Positions 1-8,385 of a stretch of 11,667 nucleotides of DNA are shown one piece after another. Every line of letters begins with the position of its first letter. Position 1 is the first letter of the stretch. Source of the stretch: Azolla caroliniana (taxonomy: Eukaryota > Plantae > Polypodiophyta). The position numbers were made by a program, and so were the translations under genes. The stretch is taken from contig JBHGNT010001139.1 in NCBI GenBank assembly GCA_043228905.1, positions 1 through 11,667 of the forward strand. Reading direction: 5' to 3'. The notes below the pieces were generated by a model. That model was not told the DNA's origin. It ran no database searches and saw nothing but the letters and a program-made list of their open reading frames with translations.

Positions 1-416
1 TTTGCAGAGGCCTTTGCTAGAAGGTCGATCTACTAGGTCGGAGACCTATACTCGGGGTATGATCAGTTCCAACTAGCCATCGAAAGCAAGGAAATCACAA
101 CATTGCAGACCCCACTCGGCTTAGTTCGGATGCGTGCCCTATCGCGAGGAATGAATTTGATGGTACACATGGTGAATGCGATGAATAAGGTACTAAGAGA
201 TTGCATCCTGAACATCAGCACGCCATTCTTGGACGACATTATGATAAAAGGGTGTTGAGAGAACCGGAAGGACTAGACGGTCAGAGAAGACGGATGTCAA
301 AGGTTCATTGCCGACCACATTGTCGACTGGGTTGGCGGGAGCACAACTTACCTTCTCTGGGGAGAAGTCGGCTTTCGGACAATCGAAGATCTTGGTGGTC
401 GGTCACCTATGCGGAT
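1..416 (+). pseudogene. Ty3/Gypsy reverse transcriptase remnant, 5' part (host of the nested insertions)
   Basis: Frame 1 from base 1 reads FAEAFARRSIY*VGDLYSGYDQFQLAIESKEITTLQTPLGLVRMRALSRG...TPFLDDIMIKGC*, containing RT motifs DLYSGYDQ and FLDD. After a frameshift it reads AQLTFSGEKSAFGQSKILVVGHLCG up to 415. In-frame stops are present. Confidence 0.88.
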
Positions 417-830
417 TGTAAACGATTACTTGCGTAAGCGTTAGAAAACAGAGAAAGTAGAGTATACACAGAGTACACGGGAGAGACAGAGAGAGCAGAA
501 CATAAAAGCTATATTCAAAACAATATAAACACTCTGTCCATACAACTGTGCTTAGTAGCACTATTTATACAAGTCCTCGTGGGACTGACAAAAGTACCGC
601 GTACTTCAATGCTCACACAAGCATCTGACACTTACTACGAGACTATAACTACCTAGTAGTCTAAACTAATACTAGGCTTCCGGTTACCGATTGGATCCGG
701 CTAACCGGCTCCCCAGCTCACCGGCTCTGTTGCTTGCCGGCTCGGTTGCTCACCGGCTTACCGATCCGTCTCGCTCACCGGCTCAGGCTTATCCAGCCGA
801 TCCGACTCCAGTTGAGCTTGCTGCTCAACA
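417..830 (-). repeat. 3' LTR of Copia A (414 bp)
   Basis: TG...CA ends. About 93% identical to 7252-7664 (about 28 differences by hand count). The PPT abuts it. Contains ~16-bp CCGGCT-based tandem units at ~705-790. Confidence 0.95.
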
Positions 831-2423
831 CTCCCCCTCAAGCTCAACTTGAGCTTGGATCCTAGTGTCAGCCTCTATGGCAGTCGGTTCTTCCAACCTA
901 CTTCTCCTGGCGTCGCTCCGCCTTGCTCGCGCTCCTCGTTTGGTCCGGTCCCATTTGCCGCGACCCTTCTAGTTCTGCGCACCTCGACCTTCTTGGTCGG
1001 CATGTTTGCTCAATAGGCCCCTCTCATCTCCTTCACTGCTATGACTCCGGCGCTTGCCGATCCGTTGGTTCCTCCGTGATGGCATCGACTTCTGCTGCAT
1101 CCGTGTCTGCTTGGCCTCTAGTTCATTCGGTTCATCCGGATCCGTCTGTTGATCCGAATCGCCTATCTCTGATTCGTTCCAACTCTTTTCCGAATCGGTC
1201 ACTCCCGACTCGTTCCAGCTCTTGTCTGAGTCGGTATCCTCCGACTCGTCTTTCGGTTTAAGGCCCTTCACCACATCAGACCACGTCCGGGTCTTGGCCT
1301 TGCTTCCATCCTCGGCTTCTTCTTCCTCCTTGTCTCCCCCTCTTCCGGTTCTTCCCTTACCGGTGTCGACAACAGTTTCTTTGCCTTTGCCTGTTCCGGC
1401 GGTGTCTTTGCCCCTTCTTCTCCCCCTCAAGTGCGGCACGTCGAGAAGCTGAACACCAAGCACGTCGGCAAAGTGTTGCAACTTGTCCGATCCGAGCGGC
1501 TTGGTGAAGATGTCGGCAACTTGCCGATCCGTGTGAACATACCATATCATAGTTCAACTTCACCGCTCAGGACCCGCTCACGCACAAAGTGATAATGCAC
1601 TTCTTTGTGCTTCGTGCAAGCATGGAACACAGGGTTCTTGACGAGCTGCATGCTGCTGATGTTATCACAATAAATCGGGATCGGGGTCGGTACCTCCATC
1701 CGCAAGTCTCGCAGCAATTGCCGAAGCCAAATGGCTTCGCAGGTGGCAACGGTCGCGCCCCAGTACTCAGCCTCAGTGCTTGACAGAGCCATTGTTGGCT
1801 GCTTTTTGTTGCTCCACGCAACAGCTGTGGTCGCAAGGGAAAACATAAAACAGGAAGTGGATCTACGATCCGACGAATCGACGGCCTAGTCGGCATTCGT
1901 GTAACCGACTAGCTCTTCGGTGATACCTCGCCGATATAACAATCCCCGGTCCTTCATGCCACTTACATATCGCAGTATCCGTTGCGTGCACTGAAGGTGC
2001 TCCATGGTCGGCTTCTGCATGAACTGACTTATCATTCCGACTGGATAGCCGATGTCGGGTCGCGTGATAGTCAAGTAGATAAGGCTTCCGACAATTTGTC
2101 GGAACTGTTTCTCGTTGCAAGCCAGTCTGGAGTTGGGACGAAGCTTCTGGTTCCGGTCCAAGGGTGTGGAGACAGGTCGGCATTCTGTCATGCCAAACTT
2201 GTACAACATATTGAAGACGTAATGTCGTTGTGAGAGCAATATGCCGTCGGGGGTTCGGATCCTTGTAGCAGTTAACTGAACCGTCGACGTTGTACTTTAC
2301 CTTGTACACCCACTTGCATCCGATCGGTTTCTAATGACGGGGACGATAAACTAGGTCCCATGTCTCGTTGACATCAAGTGCCCGCATTGCTCTCTGGCTC
2401 ACGCACTTCCGCCACCTTAGTCA
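825..2423 (-). pseudogene. Copia A pol 3' part, copy 1: partly deleted RT, RNase H and a long low-complexity C-terminal tail
   Basis: Motifs NETWDLV, KPIGCKWVYKVKYNVDGSV, IVGSLIYLTITRPDI, KKQPTMALSSTEAEY, YCDNISS, KHKEVHYHFVRE and VADIFTKPL. Stops and frameshifts are present. The central RT including YVDD is missing at ~2261. Confidence 0.92.
831..842 (-). promoter_or_regulatory. Polypurine tract of Copia A
   Basis: The minus strand reads CTTGAGGGGGAG immediately before the TGTTGAG start of the 3' LTR. Confidence 0.9.
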
Positions 2424-2506
2424 TGTTGGGAGACAGGTCCCTCCGGATGGGAAGGGAGAAGAACAGTGTCGACGAACAATCTCGGCCGAGGCCGAAACCA
2501 GAAGAG

Positions 2507-2711
2507 GAGTACCCGGCTACGGAGAGCCGGATGGTGCAGACCCGGTGAGAACCGGATGAGGAGTACCTGGCTAAGGAGAGCCGGATGGTGCAGGCCCGGT
2601 GAGAACCGGATGAGGGGTACCCGGCTACGGAGAGCCGGATGGTGCAGGCTCGGTGAGAACCGGATGAGGAGTACCCGGCTACGGAGAGCCAGATGGTGCA
2701 GACCCGGTGAG
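2507..2711 (+). repeat. 54-bp tandem repeat, about 4 units, in the U3 region of LTR B
   Basis: Unit GAGTACCCGGCTACGGAGAGCCGGATGGTGCAGACCCGGTGAGAACCGGATGAG starts at 2507, 2561, 2615 and 2669. Confidence 0.95.
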
Positions 2712-2802
2712 GAATGCTCACCGGATGAAGAGACATATTCGTAAATATGTTTCTGAGAGTCCATCGAGGCTATATTTGTAAATAGCCGAAAAGTCATATT
2801 AG

Positions 2803-2810
2803 TATAAATA
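2803..2810 (+). promoter_or_regulatory. Putative TATA box of LTR B
   Basis: TATAAATA lies downstream of the U3 repeats. It is conserved in the 9833-10541 copy as TATTTATA on the + strand. Confidence 0.6.
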
Positions 2811-3184
2811 TGACTTAGGGCAAACTTATAGTTACTATTGTTGTCATTTTCTTGTTGGTGCAAGAAGAGAGAGTGCGTAACAGTGTACAGAGAGAGAGAG
2901 AGAGACAACGAGGTCGTTGCCTTTGCTGTAACTGCCGCCTGTGGCGAAGATCGTGAGCACGAGGTTGTTGCCTCTGTGAACTCACTGTTGTACATTCTAG
3001 CATAGTGATAGTTTGCAGCCTGTGGGCTGCCGTGGTTTTTTCCCTAGTTTGGGTTTTCCACGTAAACATCCTGTGTACTCTTCTCTCCTTTGTGTCGCGT
3101 GTTTTCCGTTTCCTGTTTTCTGTGTATGATTCAAAGCTCGGTTGTGGCCGAGCGTTGTGCATAAGGAGCGTTGAGTTCCCGTCA

Positions 3185-3355
3185 AATCATGTACGCATAG
3201 TGATGCACCATGTACTCATTGTACCCGTACCGCTTGACGGGATCCTTCTGGCGGGTGGACCGGCGAACTCACCGTTACCCGGTTTAAGGCCCTTCTTGGC
3301 CGGTTCGGTCTTCGTTGCCGAAGATCCGCCTTTCTCCTTGCCGGAGTCGCTTGGC
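3185..3355 (-). pseudogene. Copia A integrase-RT linker fragment
   Basis: The minus strand encodes RRSTRQKDPVKRYGYNEYMVHHYAYM, with the RRSxR motif typical just upstream of Copia RT. Confidence 0.8.
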
Positions 3356-4668
3356 CTTGGCCTCTAGTTCATTCGGTTCATCCGGATCCGTCTATTGATC
3401 CGAATCGCCTATCTCTGATTCGTTCCAACTCTTTTCCGAATCGGTCACTCCCGACTCGTTCCAGCTCTTGTCTGAGTCGGTATCCTCCGACTCGTCTTTC
3501 GGTTTAAGGCCCTTCACCACATCAGACCACGTCCGGGTCTTGGCCTTGCTTCCATCCTCGGCTTCTTCTTCCTCCTTGTCTCCCCCTCTTCCGGTTCTTC
3601 CCTTACCGGTGTCGACAACAGTTTCTTTGCCTTTGCCTGTTCCGGCGGTGTCTTTGCTCCTTCTTCTCCCCCTCAAGTGCGGCACGTCGAGAAGCTGAAC
3701 ACCAAGCACGTCGGCAAAGTGTTGCAACTTGTCCGATCCGAGCGGCTTGGTGAAGATGTCGGCAACTTGCCGATCCGTATGAACATACCATATCATAGTT
3801 CAACTTCACCGCTCAGGACCCGCTCACGCACAAAGTGATAATGCACTTCTTTGTGCTTCGTGCAAGCATGGAACACAGGGTTCTTGACGAGCTGCATGCT
3901 GCTGATGTTATCACAATAAATCGGGATCGGGGTCGGTACCTCCATCCGCAAGTCTCGCAGCAATTGCCGAAGCCAAATGGCTTCGCAGGTGGCAACGGTC
4001 GCGCCCCAGTACTCAGCCTCAATGCTTGACAGAGCCATTGTTGGCTGCTTTTTGTTGCTCCACGCAACAGCTGTGCTCCCAAGGGAAAACATAAAACAGG
4101 AAGTGAATCTACGATCCGACGCATCGCCGGCCTAGTCGGCATCCGTGTAACCGACTAGCTCTTCGGTGATACCTCGCCGATATAACAATCCCGGTCCTTC
4201 ATGCCGCTTACATATCGCAGTATCCGTTGCGTGCACTGAAGGTGCTCCATGGTCGGCTTCTGCATGAACTGACTTATCATTCCGACTGGATAGCCGATGT
4301 CGGGTCGCGTGATAGTCAAGTAGATAAGGCTTCCGACAATTTGTCGGAACTGTTTCTCGTTGCAAGCCAGTCTGGAGTTGGGACGAAGCTTCTGGTTCCG
4401 GTCCAAGGGTGTGGAGACAGGTCGGCATTCTGTCATGCCAAACTTGTACAACATATTGAAGACGTAATGTCGTTGTGAGAGCAATATGCCGTCGGGGGTT
4501 CGGATCCTTGTAGCAGTTAACTGAACCGTCGACGTTGTACTTTACCTTGTACACCCACTTGCATCCGATCGGTTTCTAATGACGGGGACGATAAACTAGG
4601 TCCCATGTCTCGTTGACATCAAGTGCCCGCATTGCTCTTCGGCTCACGCACTTCCGCCACCTTAGTCA
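3356..4668 (-). pseudogene. Copia A pol 3' part, copy 2 (deleted RT, RNase H, truncated tail)
   Basis: Same motifs and same shared deletions and frameshift as copy 1, plus private lesions (for example TAG at 3392-3394). Confidence 0.92.
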
Positions 4669-4991
4669 TGTTGGGAGACAGGTCCCTCCGGATGGGAAGG
4701 GAGAAGAACAGTGTCGACGAACAATCTCGGCCGAGGCCGAAACCGGAAGAGGAGTACCCGGCTATGGAGAGCCGGATGGTGCAGACCCGGTGAGAAACGG
4801 ATGAGGAGTACCTGGCTACGGAGAGCCGGATGGTGCAGACCCGGTATGAACCGGATGAGGAGTACCCAGCTACGGAGAGCCGGATGACGCAAACCCGGTG
4901 AGAACCGGAGGAAGAGACATATTAGTAAATATGTTTCTGAGAGCCCATCGAGGCTATATTTGTAAATAGCCGAAAATTCATATTAGTATAA
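4669..4991 (+). mobile_element. 3'-truncated LTR of family B at the duplicated insertion site
   Basis: Starts TGTTGGG after AGTCA (4664-4668). Has three 54-bp units (4752, 4806, 4860). Ends abruptly at TATAA (4987-4991). Confidence 0.92.
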
Positions 4992-7161
4992 CCCTTTTGC
5001 TCTTGAGCATAGCCGACTAGGATGCATTTTTCCGATTTTGCATCCAACTTCCTCTGCTTCTCATCTGGTACATGCACATATGCAATGCTACCGAAGATCT
5101 TAAAGTGTCTCAAATTTGGCTTGCGCCCGAAATACAGCTCGTGAGCTGACACCTTGTCACCGATCCGGTTCTGTATGTAGACAACCGTTCGGACTACCTA
5201 CGCCCAGTAGAATTTGGGCATGCTCTTCTCCTCCAGCATTGCCCTTGCCGCATCAATAAGTGACCGGTTCTTCCTTTCGGCAACACCGTTCTGTTGCGGT
5301 GTGTATCTGCAGCTGAACTCTCGCCGAATTCCCTTTTGCTGCAGATAACTGTTGAATTGGCTGTTGAATTTTCCGCCATCCGACCACAGGCATTTGATCT
5401 TCCTCTCTGATTCCCGTTCCACCATGATTTGGAGACTCCGGAAACACTCGAAGATATCACTCTTCCACTCAATGAGCTCGATCCATGTGTGTCGCGTATA
5501 GTCGTCGATGAAGGAGACAAAATATCAACTCCCACCAAGACTAACATTCTATGCCGGTCCCCACACATCCGAATGGATAAGGTCGAGCTTGTTATAGGTC
5601 CAGTTACGTTTGGTAGGGAATGGAAGCCGGTGTTGCTTCCCGAGTTGGCAGGCTTCACATACTTGGGCCTTCCGGCCGCTGAACTTCGGCAAACCGAAAA
5701 CAACTTGTTTCGTTTGCAAGTCTTGAAGCCTCCGTTAATTGACGTGGCCGATCCGCTTGTGGCACAAGTCGATGTCCGATTCAACCTTTTGTCCTTTTGC
5801 AAACAGAGCGATGCCGATGTCATTGGTGTCGAGGATAAACATCCTCCCGTCTCTGCGTCCTTGCGCAATAATCTGGCCCTCTTCCTCGATGAAGCACCCG
5901 AGGTGCGTAAACCGCACCTGCATCCCTTGATCGATGATCTGTCCGACCGACACCAGGTTCTTCGTGATTGTCGGAACGTGTAATACGTTCATCAGCTTCC
6001 CCTTCTGTCCGACGTGGCTCAAAGGGACTTCTCCGACATGCACGATTGGGTGAGGAGTGTCATCTCTGATTTCGACTACTCCTGGTTGATACGGTTTCTC
6101 CAAAAAGGAGAACCACTCTTTGGGGCTCGTCATGTGGTTCGACGCACCGGAATCAACATACCACACTTCCTCCGATTTGGAAGTGGTCTTCTTCATTGAG
6201 TTCGCCTCGTGCTTCATCACCAAGGCTGCCCCGTTACCGTACTTGGATACTCCCGATCCCTTCGCGTAGTGCGAGCATTGCCGGCTTTGCCGGATCCGGA
6301 TTTGTCCGAATCGGCGCGTTTTCTCCAGCACTTGCTTTCTCTGTGGCCCTTTTTTCCATAGTACCAGCATTTTGTTGTAGTCTTCTCTTGTCGTCTTCCG
6401 GTGCCGCTATGACTCCCCTTGCTCCTGGAGGGTCTGGAATTGTTGTCTGCATGTTCTCTGTGCCTTTGTTCCGGGTCTTGCCGGCCGCCTCCATTGCATG
6501 CCGACCCTCCTCGTCCACCATGCCCACGGGACCGATCTGCTTCCGTGTACAACATCCGGTTGTCAATGGGTGCTCTAGTTGACGCACCGGCGTGGTTCTC
6601 CTCTACAAGGAGCATCGATTGTAAGTCGAAAAATGAGGGCGTATTCTCCCTTGTACATACCACCGTTCGGAACGCTCTGAACTTAGATGCCAGATCCCCA
6701 AGACAGACTTGTACCATCTCGCCTTGCTCTATGGTAACGTTGATAGAGGCAAGTGAGTCACTTATCTCTTTGATCCAGGCCGTGTAATCCGCCACCGACA
6801 TGTCCTTCTATCGGACATTGCTCAACTCCTGTTGGAGTTGCAGCTTCCGGGCTGTAGTGCTCGCGGCGAAAGCCTTCTTCAGGTTTCCCCTAGCCTCCTT
6901 CGGCGTCTTGGCGTCTCGGATGTGGCTCAGCAACTGGTCTCCGACACTGGACGCGAAGCAGTACATCACTCTGCTTGCCAATTGTTCCCACACTGGGAAA
7001 TCCTTATGTGCCGCATCAGGTGTTGTTTCGTTGGTTCCTTCGACGAAACTCCAGTAGCCATGCCCAAGCAGGTACTGGTGCATCTTGTACGACCAAGATG
7101 CATAGTTGGATCTGTCGTGTTTCTCCATAGGGAGCGAGCTAGCCATTCCTCTATCCATCAC
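4987..7161 (-). pseudogene. Copia A gag - protease - integrase (defective)
   Basis: Gag NYASWSYKMHQYLLGHGYW with an in-frame TAG at 6808-6810. Degenerate zinc knuckle CWYYGKKGHRESKC. Protease WYVDSGASNHM. Integrase HKRIGH...CEAC, SDVWGP, TPQQNGVAERKNR and KCILVGYAQEQKGY. Several stops and frameshifts. Confidence 0.93.
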
Positions 7162-7239
7162 TTCTCTGTCTGTTGTTCTTACGACTTGTTAGGGTTTGCT
7201 TTCAAGCGTTTGTCAGCTACAGAGGTTCTCAACCCTGGC

Positions 7240-7251
7240 GCTCTGATACCA
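7240..7251 (-). promoter_or_regulatory. Primer-binding site of Copia A (initiator Met tRNA)
   Basis: The minus strand reads TGGTATCAGAGC directly after the CA end of the 5' LTR, the canonical plant tRNA-iMet PBS. Confidence 0.95.
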
Positions 7252-7664
7252 TGTAAACGATTACTTGTAGAAGCATTAGAAAATAGAGAAAGTAGAGTAT
7301 ACACAGAATACACGGGAGAGACAGAGAGAGCAGAACGTAAAAGGTATATTCCAAACAATATAAAACTCTGTCCATACAACTGTGCTCAGTAGCCCTATTT
7401 ATACAAGTCCTCGTGGGACTGACAAAAGTACCGCGTACTTCAATGCTCACACGAGCATCTGACACTTACTACGAGATTATAACTGCCTAGTAGTCTAAAC
7501 TAATACTAGGCTTCCGGTTACCAATTGGATTCGGCTAACCGGCTCTGTTGCTTCCCGGCTCTGTTGCTTCCCGGCTCGGTTGCTCACCGACTTACCGATC
7601 CGTCTCGCTCACCGGCTCAGGCTTATCCAGCCGATCCGGCTCCAGTTGAGCTTGCCACTCAACA
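7252..7664 (-). repeat. 5' LTR of Copia A (413 bp)
   Basis: Direct repeat of 417-830 adjacent to the PBS. Minus-strand TATAAATA at 7396-7403. Confidence 0.95.
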
Positions 7665-7858
7665 CGGACCCTACTGTCGGAAACCATCTCCGGCTAAGGT
7701 CGAGGCCATCTTAGTGCTGAAGGAGGAATGCAAGTCGACCACGGAGGTCTGACGGCTCCTAGGGGCATCTACCTTCTACCACATTTGAATTCCCAATTAT
7801 GCACATATAGCTAAGCCACTCCATGGCTTACTGAAAAAGGGGCAGAAGTTTGAATGGG
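7665..7858 (+). pseudogene. Continuation of the Gypsy RT (thumb/connection region) interrupted by Copia A
   Basis: Reads GPYCRKPSPAKVEAILVLKEECKSTTEV*RLLGASTFYHI*IPNYAHIAKPLHGLLKKGQKFEW. It joins in frame to ...VVGHLC(G) at ~415 once A and one TSD copy are removed. Confidence 0.88.
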
Positions 7859-7878
7859 TGTCATGATATAGCATGGTA

Positions 7879-7950
7879 TGGCTTCAAAAAGATTTGAACC
7901 CATGACCTTGTGGCACATGGGCAGAAGCCTTACCATTAAGCTATAAGTTA
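7879..7950 (-). promoter_or_regulatory. Degenerate tRNA-derived sequence with Pol III A box and B box (not a functional tRNA)
   Basis: Minus strand: A box TAGCTTAATGG (7943-7933) and B box GGTTCAAATC (7900-7891), 32 nt apart. Residual D-arm and T-arm pairing. Confidence 0.6.
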
Positions 7951-8155
7951 TAATACAAAGAATTTTATTTCCATTTATTATTTCACTATTATAGATTTCT
8001 CTAGAACATTCTCGAAGAAGAGTATTCCTAAAACCACTATAAAAAGAGGCACATGGCATTATCAAGAACCAAATCGGTTCAACGCCAGTCTTAAGCCTCC
8101 TAGTTGTTCTTGTATCTTTTCTTCTTATAATATAAAATACTTCTTGTTGTCATCA

Positions 8156-8158
<3 letters not shown>

Positions 8159-8194
<36 letters not shown>
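8159..8194. repeat. (TC)18 microsatellite
   Basis: Perfect dinucleotide run. Confidence 0.97.
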
Positions 8195-8198
<4 letters not shown>

Positions 8199-8325
8199 CA
8201 CGTGGTTCTCACACACTCTTTCCCTTCTTAATACTAATCCTCATTCTTCTCCTCTACCTTTAGTATTTATTCTCCTTGCCTCTAGTACTATCCCTGATAG
8301 TTTGAACTGATTTTTCCCTCTTCAG

Positions 8326-8385
8326 CTTCGTATCCCTCATTCCCTTCATACTAATCTTCGTATCCTTCATTCCTCCAATACTATG
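8326..8385 (+). repeat. Two imperfect 30-bp tandem units ending at the gag ATG
   Basis: CTTCGTATCCCTCATTCCCTTCATACTAAT followed by CTTCGTATCCTTCATTCCTCCAATACTATG. Confidence 0.85.

Larger units (their letters stand above)
2424..3184 (+). mobile_element. Solo LTR of Copia family B (761 bp), inserted antisense into Copia A
   Basis: TGTTGGG...CCCGTCA ends and flanking 5-mers AGTCA (2419-2423) / AATCA (3185-3189). Removing it restores the host reading HHYAYM-TKVAEVREPES. It is the reverse-complement homolog of the LTR at 9833-10541. Confidence 0.93.
3356..4991. repeat. Second copy of a tandem duplication (matches 1110-~2807; period 2,246 bp)
   Basis: 3356-4668 aligns to 1110-2423 with about 14 differences (~99%). 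Duplicated ORFs are offset by 2246 (1547..1846 versus 3793..4092). Confidence 0.95.
417..7664 (-). mobile_element. Ty1/Copia LTR retrotransposon 'A', full length but defective and rearranged
   Basis: Paired LTRs TGTAAACG...CTCAACA at 417-830 and 7252-7664. TSD CGGAT (412-416) / CGGAC (7665-7669). iMet PBS at 7240-7251 and PPT at 831-842. Domain order is gag-PR-IN-RT-RH on the minus strand. Confidence 0.95.

Noticed and set aside
969-1431. Env-like gene after pol
   Set aside because: The tail is in frame with RNase H, highly charged and has no hydrophobic transmembrane segment.
2333-2342. AATGACGGG resembling the flank and start of LTR B at 9831-9839
   Set aside because: Short chance match inside Copia RT coding sequence (WDLV...KPIGCKW). 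The real LTR boundary with a TSD is at 2424.
2507-2711. 54-bp repeats as a CRISPR-like array
   Set aside because: The units are head-to-tail with no unique spacers, lie inside an LTR and have no cas genes nearby.
4922-5152. Integrase ORF with a novel C terminus
   Set aside because: It is a chimera across a deletion junction running into antisense LTR B.
5429-7392. Plus-strand ORFs (5429..5983, 6196..6582, 6419..6787, 6800..7057, 6832..7392)
   Set aside because: Antisense shadows of gag-pol with no recognisable motifs.
7525-7752. 75-aa ORF crossing the LTR A boundary
   Set aside because: Chance read-through from antisense LTR sequence into the host Gypsy RT remnant.
7879-7950. A functional tRNA gene
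   Set aside because: The acceptor and anticodon stems pair poorly and a T5 run falls in the T arm. It is kept only as a tRNA-derived promoter candidate.
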